Source: an uncultured virus (IMG/VR IMGVR_UViG_3300010348_001764) (lineage: Duplodnaviria > Heunggongvirae > Uroviricota > Caudoviricetes). Taken from it: 64,000 nt of DNA. The DNA is taken from the IMG/VR virus record IMGVR_UViG_3300010348_001764; one strand, 5' to 3'. The position numbers and the translations under genes were made by a program. Every line of letters begins with the position of its first letter. Position 1 is the first letter of the stretch. Under the pieces are notes generated by a model. That model saw only the letters and a program-made list of their open reading frames with translations. It was not told the DNA's origin and ran no database searches. This document shows positions 37,582 to 47,412 of the stretch, piece by piece.

Positions 37582-38435
37582 NNNNNNNNNNNNNNNNNNN
37601 NNNNNNNNNNNNNNNNNNNNNNNNNNNNNNNNNNNNNNNNNNNNNNNNNNNNNNNNNNNNNNNNNNNNNNNNNNNNNNNNNNNNNNNNNNNNNNNNNNNN
37701 NNNNNNNNNNNNNNNNNNNNNNNNNNNNNNNNNNNNNNNNNNNNNNNNNNNNNNNNNNNNNNNNNNNNNNNNNNNNNNNNNNNNNNNNNNNNNNNNNNNN
37801 NNNNNNNNNNNNNNNNNNNNNNNNNNNNNNNNNNNNNNNNNNNNNNNNNNNNNNNNNNNNNNNNNNNNNNNNNNNNNNNNNNNNNNNNNNNNNNNNNNNN
37901 NNNNNNNNNNNNNNNNNNNNNNNNNNNNNNNNNNNNNNNNNNNNNNNNNNNNNNNNNNNNNNNNNNNNNNNNNNNNNNNNNNNNNNNNNNNNNNNNNNNN
38001 NNNNNNNNNNNNNNNNNNNNNNNNNNNNNNNNNNNNNNNNNNNNNNNNNNNNNNNNNNNNNNNNNNNNNNNNNNNNNNNNNNNNNNNNNNNNNNNNNNNN
38101 NNNNNNNNNNNNNNNNNNNNNNNNNNNNNNNNNNNNNNNNNNNNNNNNNNNNNNNNNNNNNNNNNNNNNNNNNNNNNNNNNNNNNNNNNNNNNNNNNNNN
38201 NNNNNNNNNNNNNNNNNNNNNNNNNNNNNNNNNNNNNNNNNNNNNNNNNNNNNNNNNNNNNNNNNNNNNNNNNNNNNNNNNNNNNNNNNNNNNNNNNNNN
38301 NNNNNNNNNNNNNNNNNNNNNNNNNNNNNNNNNNNNNNNNNNNNNNNNNNNNNNNNNNNNNNNNNNNNNNNNNNNNNNNNNNNCTTTTTCAGCGGCGCGC
38401 TATCTTCGTACTAATGCCTGTATCGGAGCGGCGCG

Positions 38436-38479
38436 GTTACACTTCGCCTGTGTACGCGCCCAGCGCTGTGTTGTAGAAT
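38436..38479 (+). promoter_or_regulatory. early-type promoter GTTACA-N8-GTGTAC-N18-TAGAAT
   Basis: recurring motif. Confidence 0.7.
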
Positions 38480-38497
38480 GCTTGAAAGGAGATCACC

Positions 38498-38740
38498 ATG
38501 GCACGACAGATGGCAAAGGCCTCGACGGGAGTTCCGCCCGACTGGGCAGGCGTTTCGCTGAACGAGGCGATCCGCGTGTCGCGGGCAAACAAAGCCTGGA
38601 CGGGCTCGTGCAACGCCTGCACGAACGGTCAGTACGAGCTGGGTGCCGATGGCGAGGCCGTCGTGACGAACGTGGACCTCCGCGGCATGTCGTTCCGCCT
38701 CTGCGCCCGTTGCCGCGGTCAGCTCAAGGCGATGCTGTAA
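38498..38740 (+). CDS. small Zn-binding protein
   Basis: CNAC...CARC; AAGGAG RBS. Confidence 0.65.
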   Translation: MARQMAKASTGVPPDWAGVSLNEAIRVSRANKAWTGSCNACTNGQYELGADGEAVVTNVDLRGMSFRLCARCRGQLKAML

Positions 38741-38752
38741 CAGGGTTGGGTT

Positions 38753-38795
38753 GTTACACTCTTGATGTGTACAACCCTGCCCACCGGCTTACAAT
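38753..38795 (+). promoter_or_regulatory. early-type promoter GTTACA-N8-GTGTAC-N17-TACAAT
   Basis: recurring motif; upstream TGTAAC half-site. Confidence 0.75.
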
Positions 38796-38824
38796 AGCAC
38801 CATACCAACCCACTGAGGCACACC

Positions 38825-39019
38825 ATGCAGATCAACTACGACCTGATCGGTTCCCACCCGGAAGCGGACCTGTGGCGCGACGTGCCGCTGGAAGCGCTGG
38901 AGCCGGAGCAGCGCCGCCTGGTGGCGGAGCACTTCTACGGCATGGACGTCTCGGGCATGTCCGACGTCGAGGTCCTGGACGCGCTGAACGCGGCGGACCA
39001 GGAGCTGGAGTTCGCGTGA
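38825..39019 (+). CDS. small acidic protein
   Basis: GAGG RBS after promoter. Confidence 0.6.
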   Translation: MQINYDLIGSHPEADLWRDVPLEALEPEQRRLVAEHFYGMDVSGMSDVEVLDALNAADQELEFA

Positions 39020-39159
39020 TCACGTTCCCCATCGTCATCGCCTACATCTTTCTGGCCTCGGTGATGTCCGAGGTCCTTCCTCCGTCGGCACCTCCTGCGC
39101 CCGCGGTCCAACAGGAGATCACCAAGTGAAGAGCCGCGAGGGTGTGATACAATGAACTC

Positions 39160-39825
39160 ATGGAAAAGCTGACCGACTTCTCAAAGCTCATGATCTCGGC
39201 GCGCTACTGGCTGCTGGGAATGGCCGAAGGCGATCCCGAATACTTCAAGGTGATCGAGGCCATGGAGCTGGGTGCCGCGCACCACGACGGCTACCGCAAC
39301 GGCGGCGACCCGGAGTTCATCCATCAGCTGCAGATCTTCCACTACCTGCGGACGATGCACAAGCACATTCGCAGCCCCAAGCGCGTCTACATGCTGGTGT
39401 TCCTGCACGACGCGCTCGAGGACGCGAACCAGAAGACGAAGATCTACATCGATCCGGCTGAGATCGAGCGGCGCTTCGGCGAGGCGTTCCTGGTCAAGCT
39501 GAAGAAGATGTCGAAGGAGATCCTCGGCGTCAAGAACCCCGACTTCTCACTGGATGCCGTGTTCGAGGACGAGGACACCAGCGTCGCCAAGGGCGGCGAT
39601 CGAGTGAACAACGTCTCGAGCATGATCGGCGTGTTCAAGCGGCCTCGGCTGGAGCGCTACGTCAAGGAGACGATGGAGGAGTTCCTGCCTCGGCTCAAGA
39701 AGGCGCGGCGGCTGTTTCCCTACCAGGAGGCCGTGTTCGAGAACATCAAGCTCGAGCTGGTGGGCACGCTCACCCTCATCGGCCACATCCTGGAAGGCTA
39801 CGTGCCAGAGGAAGGTGCAAAGTGA
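39160..39825 (+). CDS. SpoT/Mesh1-like HD-domain hydrolase
   Basis: H.G.R..G.PEFIH, LHDALED, K..DRVNN. Confidence 0.8.
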   Translation: MEKLTDFSKLMISARYWLLGMAEGDPEYFKVIEAMELGAAHHDGYRNGGDPEFIHQLQIFHYLRTMHKHIRSPKRVYMLVFLHDALEDANQKTKIYIDPAEIERRFGEAFLVKLKKMSKEILGVKNPDFSLDAVFEDEDTSVAKGGDRVNNVSSMIGVFKRPRLERYVKETMEEFLPRLKKARRLFPYQEAVFENIKLELVGTLTLIGHILEGYVPEEGAK

Positions 39826-40019
39826 AAGAACCCGAGTTCAAGGTCGTGCAGGAGTTCGGTGACGAAGGACCGCACGAGTTCTTCGTCAACGGCGAGAAGG
39901 TCGGCGATACCGACCATGACCAGCACGGCTGGCAGGGCATGGAGGACATGTGCAGCATGTTCGAGAACATCGCCGCTCAGCTGGGCGTCGAGGTCATCTA
40001 CGAGGACGTGGAGCACTGA
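39822..40019 (+). CDS. small hypothetical protein
   Basis: coupled ORF. Confidence 0.55.
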   Translation: MKEPEFKVVQEFGDEGPHEFFVNGEKVGDTDHDQHGWQGMEDMCSMFENIAAQLGVEVIYEDVEH

Positions 40020-40195
40020 TGCCGGCCTGCGTCGACAGGTCCGTCGAGGAGCGGCGAGACAAGCTGCTCGCTGACCTCGAGCTCTGCCGAAAGCACCGCG
40101 AGGCTGAGCCGTCCCAGCGCAAGGTCTGGGACGAGGCCATCGACTACCTTCTCACTCTCATCATGGAGCTGGATCTTGAGCCGACAGGACATTGA
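40019..40195 (+). CDS. small hypothetical protein
   Basis: TGATG coupling. Confidence 0.45.
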   Translation: MPACVDRSVEERRDKLLADLELCRKHREAEPSQRKVWDEAIDYLLTLIMELDLEPTGH

Positions 40196-40703
40196 GAACG
40201 CCTCGCCAATTCGCATCGCGCTGGCCGAGAGCATGGCCCGCACGCTGGGCTTCACGCAGATCATCATCTTCGGCCACTCGCAGGAGAGCGGCACGGTGGT
40301 GACGACGTGGGGCGACACCGTCGAGCGCTCAGCCCAGGCAGCCGCTGGTGCCAACTCCATCAAGAAGCAGTGGAACTGGCCCGAGGACACTCTCGCTGAA
40401 AGCGCGAAGGTGGAGAAGCTGAAGCAGCTCGTCGAGAAGCTGGCGCGCGTCCACGTCATCGTGCAGACCGAGCACGAGCGCGGCTGGGGCTCACGCGTTG
40501 AGGGCTACATGGCCTTCGACAACGAGGCTCAGGCCAAGGGCTACTGCGCAGCGCAGAACCGCCTTCACAACACCGCGACCGAGGCGCCCGACTGGTACAT
40601 GGTGTGGTCGTACAGCGGCTCGTATGAGTGCTCGCTTGCCTTCCTGACCAAGGTCATGCAGGGTCCCGTCAGCTTCGACAGCATCCAAGAGCTCACGGCA
40701 TGA
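40176..40703 (+). CDS. hypothetical protein
   Basis: ORF with phage codon bias. Confidence 0.6.
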   Translation: MSRQDIENASPIRIALAESMARTLGFTQIIIFGHSQESGTVVTTWGDTVERSAQAAAGANSIKKQWNWPEDTLAESAKVEKLKQLVEKLARVHVIVQTEHERGWGSRVEGYMAFDNEAQAKGYCAAQNRLHNTATEAPDWYMVWSYSGSYECSLAFLTKVMQGPVSFDSIQELTA

Positions 40704-41263
40704 TCAAGCTCATTGTCGCCGTCGATCGCGGCAACTCCATCGGGTGGTCGGACGGTCGCCTTCCATGGCGGCTTCCGAACGACATGAAGCGCTTCAAGGA
40801 GCTGACGACCGGCTGCCCCGTCGTCATGGGCTTCAACACGTGGGTCTCGCTGAAGCGACCGACTGGCCTGCCGAACCGCAAGAACATCATCCTCACGCGC
40901 AAGCCGTACAGCGAAGCGCGCGAGCACTTCTCGGCCTCCGCTGACGTCGACATCATCTCCAGTCTCGACTACATCGACCAGCTGAACAGCCGTCGAAGCG
41001 CCGACCAGCCGCCCATCTGGATCATCGGCGGGGCGAGCGTCTACGAGGATGCCGTTCGTCGCAACCTCGTCGATCAGTTCCACATCACGCTCGTCGATGA
41101 CAGCTCAGGCGGTGACGTGCGCCTCATGACGGACTTCGCCGCCTGGAAGCTGTGGACCATTCGCGAGGCCAAGGCTGGTCGGCAGTGGCACATCGACAAG
41201 ACGCTTCCCGAGCGCGACGGCGACTTCTACACCTCCTACCTCACCATCACCCGGCTTTCATGA
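40700..41263 (+). CDS. folA: dihydrofolate reductase
   Basis: IG..G.LPW.LPND..RFK..T, VVMG..TW.S, LPNRKN, IIGG. Confidence 0.93.
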   Translation: MIKLIVAVDRGNSIGWSDGRLPWRLPNDMKRFKELTTGCPVVMGFNTWVSLKRPTGLPNRKNIILTRKPYSEAREHFSASADVDIISSLDYIDQLNSRRSADQPPIWIIGGASVYEDAVRRNLVDQFHITLVDDSSGGDVRLMTDFAAWKLWTIREAKAGRQWHIDKTLPERDGDFYTSYLTITRLS

Positions 41264-41565
41264 AGTTTCTGACACCCAAGTCCACCATTGACCTCTGTCA
41301 CATCAAGACGTGGGAAGGAGGTCTCACCTCTGAATGTCTTCCAGTTAAGCCTGGTGACAAGCTGAAGGTGACTGAATACACCGAGCGAGATGGAGTTCTC
41401 GTCTACGCGCACGTTGAATGGACGTCCGACGAAGGCAGGGTGACACACCGCACGTCGGTTGGTCGATCGCACTACCCAATAGATCTGTTCGAATGGCTGC
41501 CCGATGAGGACGCAGGTTCATGGACAGCTACCACGACCTACTACTTCAAAGAGGCCACAGCATGA
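41260..41565 (+). CDS. hypothetical protein
   Basis: ATGA coupled both sides. Confidence 0.55.
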   Translation: MKFLTPKSTIDLCHIKTWEGGLTSECLPVKPGDKLKVTEYTERDGVLVYAHVEWTSDEGRVTHRTSVGRSHYPIDLFEWLPDEDAGSWTATTTYYFKEATA

Positions 41566-41942
41566 GCATCTTCAAGAGCAAGGGGTTCGACACCCTCATC
41601 GGCAAGGGCACGACCGTCAACGGTCTGCTGAACATCTCCGGCACCGTGCAGGTGGACGGCGTCGTCAACAGCGACCGCATTCAGCCGGCCCCTGACCAGA
41701 AGCAGGTGCGCCTGCACGTCAATGGCGGCCTCGATGCCACCGAGGTGGAGGTGTTCGACTTCACGCTCAACGGTTCTGCCGACGTCGAGACGCTGCGCGT
41801 CGAGGGTACGCTCGCCGTCAAGAGCGGTGCCACGCTGAAGGCGAAGACCATCTACTACCGCACGCTCGTCGTCGAACCTGGCTGCGTGATGCACGGTGAG
41901 CTTCGCCACCTCGATCACGTGTCTGAAGGGGAGCGAGTGTAA
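41562..41942 (+). CDS. bactofilin (polymer-forming cytoskeletal) family protein
   Basis: TLIGKGTTVNG.L...G.VQVDG.V, L.VEPG..M.G beta-helix pattern. Confidence 0.8.
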   Translation: MSIFKSKGFDTLIGKGTTVNGLLNISGTVQVDGVVNSDRIQPAPDQKQVRLHVNGGLDATEVEVFDFTLNGSADVETLRVEGTLAVKSGATLKAKTIYYRTLVVEPGCVMHGELRHLDHVSEGERV

Positions 41943-42025
41943 CCTAGCAAAGCCTACACAACTCCCCCAAACCACATAAAATACTCTTAGAGACTATCCT
42001 TCCATCTGCACACTGGAGATACAGC

Positions 42026-43981
42026 ATGTCCCTCTCAACCCTCGCAGCTTCCTTCGCCTCGAAGTTCGCCGCGCCCGAGATCATCTCTCTCGACGAATAC
42101 CTGGCGCGAGCAAAGGCTGACCCGATGGTCTACGCCACTGCCCACGAGCGAATGGTCGCCGCGATCGGTGAGCCGACGGTCGTCGACACCAGCTCCGACG
42201 TCCGCCTGAGCCGGATCCACTCCAACAAGAAGGTCCGCTTCTACGAGAGCTTCAGCGACTTCTACGGCGCCGAAGACGCCATCGAGCGCATCGCCGCCTA
42301 CTTCCGCAACGCGGCCGCCGGTCTCGAGGAAAGCAAGCAGATCCTCTACCTCAAGGGCCCCGTCGGCGGTGGCAAGTCGTCGATCGCTGAGCGCCTGAAG
42401 GCCCTCATGCAGCAGCACCCCATCTACGTGCTGTACGACGAGAACGAGAAGGACCCCGAGAAGCAGATGTCGCCGGTGCTGGACAGCCCGCTCGGCCTGT
42501 TCAACGCCTTCGAGCACGGCCAGCTGCTCGAGGACGACTACGGCATTCCGCGCCGCTACCTCAACACCGTGATGAGCGGCTGGGCGCAGGAGAAGCTGAA
42601 GGAGTTCGGCGGTGACCCGACCAAGTTCAAGGTCGCCAAGGTCTACCCGAACAAGGACCGCCAGCTCGGCATCATGAAGGTCGAGCCGGGCGACGAGAAC
42701 AACCAGGACGTCTCCGTCCTGATCGGCAAGGTCGATCTGCGCAAGCTCGAGAAGTTCCCGCAGAACCACCCGTACGCCTACTCGTACAGCGGCGGTCTGA
42801 ACCGCACGCATCAGGGCCTGATGGACTTCGCCGAGATGTTCAAGGCCAACATCAAGACCCTGAACCCGCTGCTGATGGCCACGCAGGAGCACAACTACAA
42901 CGGCACGGAAGCCATCCCGTCGATGCCCTACACCGGCGTCATCCTCGCCCACTCGAACGAGAGCGAGTGGGTCGCCTTCCGCAACAACAAGACCAACGAG
43001 GCCTTCCTCGACCGCGTCTACATCGTCGACGTTCCGTACTGCCTGCGCTACGACGAGGAAGTCAAGATCTACGAGAAGATGCTGGCCGGCTCCTCGCTCG
43101 CCAAGGCACCGTGCGCCCCTGGCACCCTGAAGATGCTGTCGCAGTGGAGCATCCTGACCCGCCTCAAGGACCACGAGAACAGCACGCTCTACGCCAAGCT
43201 GCGCGTCTACAACGGCGACAACGTCAAGGACACGATGCCGAACGCCAAGCCGTACGAGGAGTACCGCGACGCCGCCGGCAACGACGAAGGCATGAGCGGC
43301 ATGTCCACTCGCTTCGCCTTCAAGGTGCTGTCGTCGACGTACGACCTCCGTCCGGAGGAGCGCCAGGCCAACCCGATCGACCTCATGTTCGTCATCGAGG
43401 AGGCCGTTCGCAAGGAGGCCCTGCCGGCCGAGACCGTGCAGAAGTACGTGAGCTACATCAAGGAGCACCTGCAGCCGCGCTACCTCGAGTTCCTCGAGAA
43501 GGAGCTGCGCACGGCCTACCTCGAGAGCTACCGTCCGTTCGGCCAGAACATGTTCGAGCGCTACGTCCTCTTCGCTGAGGCGTGGCTGGCCGACGAGCAG
43601 TGCCGCGATCCCGAGACCCACGTCCTGCTGGACCGCGACAACCTCAACAAGAAGCTGGAGGAGATCGAGAAGGCCAGCGGCATCGCCAACCCGAAGGACT
43701 TCCGCGACGAGGTGGTGCGCTACGTCCTCCGCTACAAGAACAAGAACGACGGCAAGTCGCCGAGCTGGGACAGCTACGAGAAGATCAAGGTCGTCATCGA
43801 GAAGCGCATGTTCGCTGCCACCGAGCAGATCATGCCGGTCATCTCGTTCGGTCCGAAGCAGGACAAGGAACTGGAAGAGAAGCACAACGGCTTCGTCCAG
43901 CGCATGGTCGACAAGGGCTACACCGTCGACCAGGTGAAGATCCTCGTGAGCTGGTTCACGAACAACAGAAAGTCGAGCTGA
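42026..43981 (+). CDS. prkA: PrkA/YeaG serine kinase / AAA ATPase
   Basis: GLEESKQILYLKGPVGGGKSS, PGDENNQDVS, AHSNESEW. Confidence 0.95.
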   Translation: MSLSTLAASFASKFAAPEIISLDEYLARAKADPMVYATAHERMVAAIGEPTVVDTSSDVRLSRIHSNKKVRFYESFSDFYGAEDAIERIAAYFRNAAAGLEESKQILYLKGPVGGGKSSIAERLKALMQQHPIYVLYDENEKDPEKQMSPVLDSPLGLFNAFEHGQLLEDDYGIPRRYLNTVMSGWAQEKLKEFGGDPTKFKVAKVYPNKDRQLGIMKVEPGDENNQDVSVLIGKVDLRKLEKFPQNHPYAYSYSGGLNRTHQGLMDFAEMFKANIKTLNPLLMATQEHNYNGTEAIPSMPYTGVILAHSNESEWVAFRNNKTNEAFLDRVYIVDVPYCLRYDEEVKIYEKMLAGSSLAKAPCAPGTLKMLSQWSILTRLKDHENSTLYAKLRVYNGDNVKDTMPNAKPYEEYRDAAGNDEGMSGMSTRFAFKVLSSTYDLRPEERQANPIDLMFVIEEAVRKEALPAETVQKYVSYIKEHLQPRYLEFLEKELRTAYLESYRPFGQNMFERYVLFAEAWLADEQCRDPETHVLLDRDNLNKKLEEIEKASGIANPKDFRDEVVRYVLRYKNKNDGKSPSWDSYEKIKVVIEKRMFAATEQIMPVISFGPKQDKELEEKHNGFVQRMVDKGYTVDQVKILVSWFTNNRKSS

Positions 43982-43983
43982 TC

Positions 43984-44166
43984 ATGCTGAAGAGGTTCAA
44001 CCGCTGGTACGACGCGCTTCGCGAGCCCTGGCGGTTCCTCTTCTTCCTGGTCATCATGATGGGCTGGGTGCCCATCGTCCAGTTCGCCGCGACGGGCACA
44101 CTGCTCTTCGACTTCGGCCTGACCTGGATGCTGTGCACCTGTGTCATCGCTTTCTCAAGGCTCTGA
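43984..44166 (+). CDS. small membrane protein
   Basis: two hydrophobic segments. Confidence 0.55.
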   Translation: MLKRFNRWYDALREPWRFLFFLVIMMGWVPIVQFAATGTLLFDFGLTWMLCTCVIAFSRL

Positions 44167-44167
44167 C

Positions 44168-45520
44168 ATGGCAACGACGTTCATCTTCGTGGACCGCCGC
44201 CGCACCTCGCGCGGCAAGTCCCTCAACAACCGCGAGAAGCTCCTGGCGCGCATCCGCGAGAGCATCCGTGCCTCGCAGCCCAAGGACGTGGGCGGTGGCT
44301 CCGTCAAGGGCGGCTCGGCCAACAGCCAGTCGTCCAAGACCTTCTCGAACCCCGTGTCCATCACCAAGGACGCGCTGCACGAACCGACCTTCCACTACGA
44401 CCCCGACACGGGTGAGCGCGAGATCGTGCTCGTCGGCAACGACCACTGGGAGCGCGGCGACGAGTTCCCGATCGACCCTCGCGGCTCAGGCAAGGGCGGT
44501 GGCAAGGGCAACGGCGCTGGTCACGGTGAGGGCGAGGACGACTTCATCATCAACGTCTCCCGCTCCGAGTGGTACGACATCTTCTTCGAGGACTGCGAGC
44601 TGCCTGACCTCCAGGAGACCAGCGAGAAGGTGCTGCCTGAGGCCGTGTGGAAGCCGGCCGGCTTCCAGAAGGAAGGCAACGCCGCCCAGCTGTCGGTCAT
44701 CCGCTCGTTCCGCAACGGCCTCGGCCGCCGGCGCGCCCTCTCGCTGGATGCCCGCGAGGAGCTCGAGCAGCTCGAGAAGGAGCTCGACCAGCTGGAAGAG
44801 ACGCTCATCAACAACCCGCTGAACGGTGTTGCCAACTCGCGCTACCATGAGGTGAAGGCCCGCATCGAGGAGCTGCGCACCAAGATCGGTGCCATCCCCT
44901 TCTTCGAGAAGGTCGACCTTCGCTACCGCAAGACCGAGAAGGTGCAGGTCAAGCAGGCCGACGCCGTTCTCGTGATGGTGATGGACATCTCCGGCTCGAT
45001 GGACGAGGAGAAGAAGACGATCGCGCGGAAGTTCTTCGCGTTGCAGTACGCCTTCATCGAGCGCCGCTACCCGAACACCGACCTCGTGTTCATCGCCCAC
45101 ACGGACGACGCCGAGGAGATGACCGAGCAGGACTTCTTCACGACGCGCAAGAGCGGCGGAACGACGGTCTCCTCCGGTCTCAAGCTCGCCAACGAGATCA
45201 TCGGCCAGCGCTACGATCCCGACCAGACCAACATCTACCTGTCCTACGCCGGTGACGGCGACAACTGGGACATGGACAACCGCGAGGTCATGGCCGAGCT
45301 CGAGGAACGGGGGCTGCTGTCGAAGCTGCGTCACGCCGTCTACGTGCAGGTAGGCGAGAGCTACGCGGCCAGCTACGGCAGCGGCCCCTCGCTCTGGAAC
45401 ACCATGCAGTCGCTGGCCAACACCAACGCCAAGTTCCACGCGCTGAAGATCCAGAAGGAAGATGAGATCTTCAAGCAGTTCAAGACTGTCTACGGCAAGA
45501 AGACGAAGGACACCAAGTGA
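44168..45520 (+). CDS. yeaH: YeaH/YhbH (DUF444) protein
   Basis: DRR...KS..NR, MDISGSM, FIAH, SGGTTVSS, DGDNW. Confidence 0.93.
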   Translation: MATTFIFVDRRRTSRGKSLNNREKLLARIRESIRASQPKDVGGGSVKGGSANSQSSKTFSNPVSITKDALHEPTFHYDPDTGEREIVLVGNDHWERGDEFPIDPRGSGKGGGKGNGAGHGEGEDDFIINVSRSEWYDIFFEDCELPDLQETSEKVLPEAVWKPAGFQKEGNAAQLSVIRSFRNGLGRRRALSLDAREELEQLEKELDQLEETLINNPLNGVANSRYHEVKARIEELRTKIGAIPFFEKVDLRYRKTEKVQVKQADAVLVMVMDISGSMDEEKKTIARKFFALQYAFIERRYPNTDLVFIAHTDDAEEMTEQDFFTTRKSGGTTVSSGLKLANEIIGQRYDPDQTNIYLSYAGDGDNWDMDNREVMAELEERGLLSKLRHAVYVQVGESYAASYGSGPSLWNTMQSLANTNAKFHALKIQKEDEIFKQFKTVYGKKTKDTK

Positions 45521-47031
45521 GCGACTTCCTGATCACGTCCCGTACCGACTGGACCCCTGAGCTCATCGAGCGCGTCTACCGCGAGTGCGAGAAGATCGCC
45601 ATCGAGGAGATGGAGCTCGACGTCTACCCCAACCAGATCGAGATCATCACCGCCGAGCAGATGCTGGACGCGTATGCCTCGATCGGCCTGCCCGTCAACT
45701 ACTCGCACTGGAGCTTCGGCAAGGAGTTCCTGAAGAACGAGAAGGCCTACCAGAAGGGCCGCATGGGCTTGGCCTACGAGATCGTCATCAACAGCAACCC
45801 GTGCATCTCCTACCTCATGGAGGAGAACAGCATGCTGATGCAGACGATGGTGATCGCGCATGCCGCCTTCGGCCACAACGCCGTCTTCAAGAACAACATC
45901 TGCTTCCAGCAGTGGACGAATGCCGGCTCCATCATCGACTACATGGTCTTCGCGCGCGACTACATCCGCCGCTGCGAGCACCGCTACGGTCCTGATGAGG
46001 TGGAGATGGTGCTCGACGCCGCGCACTCCATCGCGTCGCACTCCATCGACAAGTTCAAGCGCAAGCACCGCCCGCGCCTGAGCGAGGAGGCCCGCCTGCA
46101 GAAGCTGATCGAGGACGACGAGCGGCGCCAGCGCGAGCTCGACATCATCATGAAGAAGACGACCGTCTCGCATGATGATCCGATCAGAGAGGAAGAAGAG
46201 CACTTCGAGGAAGAAGAGAACCTGCTCTACTTCATCATGAAGAAGTCGCCGAACCTCGAGCCGTGGAAGCGCGAGATCTGCCGGATCATTTGGAAGATCA
46301 ACCAGTACTTCTACCCGCAGGGCATGACGCAGACGCTGAACGAGGGCTTCGCCTCCTTCACGCACCACTACATCATGACGCGCCTCGAGGAGAAGGGCAT
46401 CCTGTCGCCAGACGCCTACATGGCGTTCCTCGACCACCACTCGGGCGTGATCTACCAGCCCGAGTACAACAAGCGCTGGTACAACGGCTTCAACCCGTAC
46501 GCGCTCGGCTTCGCCATCCTCCGTGACGTCAAGCGCATCTGCGATGGCGGTGAGTGGAAGGAGAAGGCCAGCGGTCGCGTGTGGGTGCCCATCACCGATG
46601 AGGACCGCGAGTGGTTCCCGCACCTGATCGGCAAGCGCTGGCAGGACGCCGTCAAGGAGGCCGCGTTCGAGCACCGCGACGACAGCTTCATCGCCCAGTA
46701 CTTGTCACCGAAGGTGATGCGCGACCTGCACCTCTTCTCGATCAACCTCCAGTACGAAATGGAGGACGGCGAGGAAGTTGCCAAGGCCATCGTCACCGAG
46801 ATCCACGACGACATCGGCTACCGCAACCTTCGCACGGCGCTGGCCAAGTCGAAGGAGCGCATCAACATGGTGCCGCAGATCGCCGTTGTCGGCGCCGACA
46901 TGGAAGGTGACCGCACGCTGAAGCTCAAGTACACGCCGTACAAGGGCCGCAAGCTGGAGGTGCACGACGCCGAAGAGGTGGTGGACTACATCGACTACCT
47001 CTGGGGCTACAGCGTCGAGCTGGACGACTGA
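45517..47031 (+). CDS. spoVR: SpoVR/YcgB family protein
   Basis: HWSFGK, GLAYEIVINSNPCI, YFYPQ..T..NEG. Confidence 0.95.
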   Translation: MSDFLITSRTDWTPELIERVYRECEKIAIEEMELDVYPNQIEIITAEQMLDAYASIGLPVNYSHWSFGKEFLKNEKAYQKGRMGLAYEIVINSNPCISYLMEENSMLMQTMVIAHAAFGHNAVFKNNICFQQWTNAGSIIDYMVFARDYIRRCEHRYGPDEVEMVLDAAHSIASHSIDKFKRKHRPRLSEEARLQKLIEDDERRQRELDIIMKKTTVSHDDPIREEEEHFEEEENLLYFIMKKSPNLEPWKREICRIIWKINQYFYPQGMTQTLNEGFASFTHHYIMTRLEEKGILSPDAYMAFLDHHSGVIYQPEYNKRWYNGFNPYALGFAILRDVKRICDGGEWKEKASGRVWVPITDEDREWFPHLIGKRWQDAVKEAAFEHRDDSFIAQYLSPKVMRDLHLFSINLQYEMEDGEEVAKAIVTEIHDDIGYRNLRTALAKSKERINMVPQIAVVGADMEGDRTLKLKYTPYKGRKLEVHDAEEVVDYIDYLWGYSVELDD

Positions 47032-47035
47032 AACT

Positions 47036-47079
47036 GTTACACTCTGCCTGTGTACAACCGCAGGCAGCTGGTGTACAAT
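47036..47079 (+). promoter_or_regulatory. early-type promoter GTTACA-N8-GTGTAC-N18-TACAAT
   Basis: recurring motif. Confidence 0.75.
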
Positions 47080-47106
47080 GGTCTCATCTCAACGGAAAGG
47101 GCCACC

Positions 47107-47412
47107 ATGTCCATCCCCTCAGTCGAGCACCTGTTCTGGTTCCGTCACGACCCCGACAAGTTCGAGGCGGAGCGCGCCAAGGTCATCAAGGAGTTCCTGG
47201 ACAGCGTGCCGGCGGAGCACCGTTCGGCCGCCCTGGCGATGCAGCTGAAGATCGACCTGATGCGCGAGAAGCTGTCGCCGGACGAGCTGCTGAAGTGGAT
47301 GGTGCAGGAAGCCGCTGAGCTGACGGCCAACCTCCAGGACCAGTTCGCGTTCATCGGCCACAAGGCGGCCGATCTCAAGCGGCAGTGCGGTCAGCTCGGA
47401 TCAGCTGAATGA
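47107..47412 (+). CDS. DUF3135-like protein
   Basis: P....L......DP..FE..R...I......P........Q.KID pattern. Confidence 0.55.
   Translation: MSIPSVEHLFWFRHDPDKFEAERAKVIKEFLDSVPAEHRSAALAMQLKIDLMREKLSPDELLKWMVQEAAELTANLQDQFAFIGHKAADLKRQCGQLGSAE

Noticed and set aside
42035..46674. Long antisense ORFs (42035-43885, 44486-45439, 45490-46674; also 627-1844, 16935-17990, 61671-62507)
   Set aside because: Shadows of strongly GC3-biased sense genes; no motifs or RBS.
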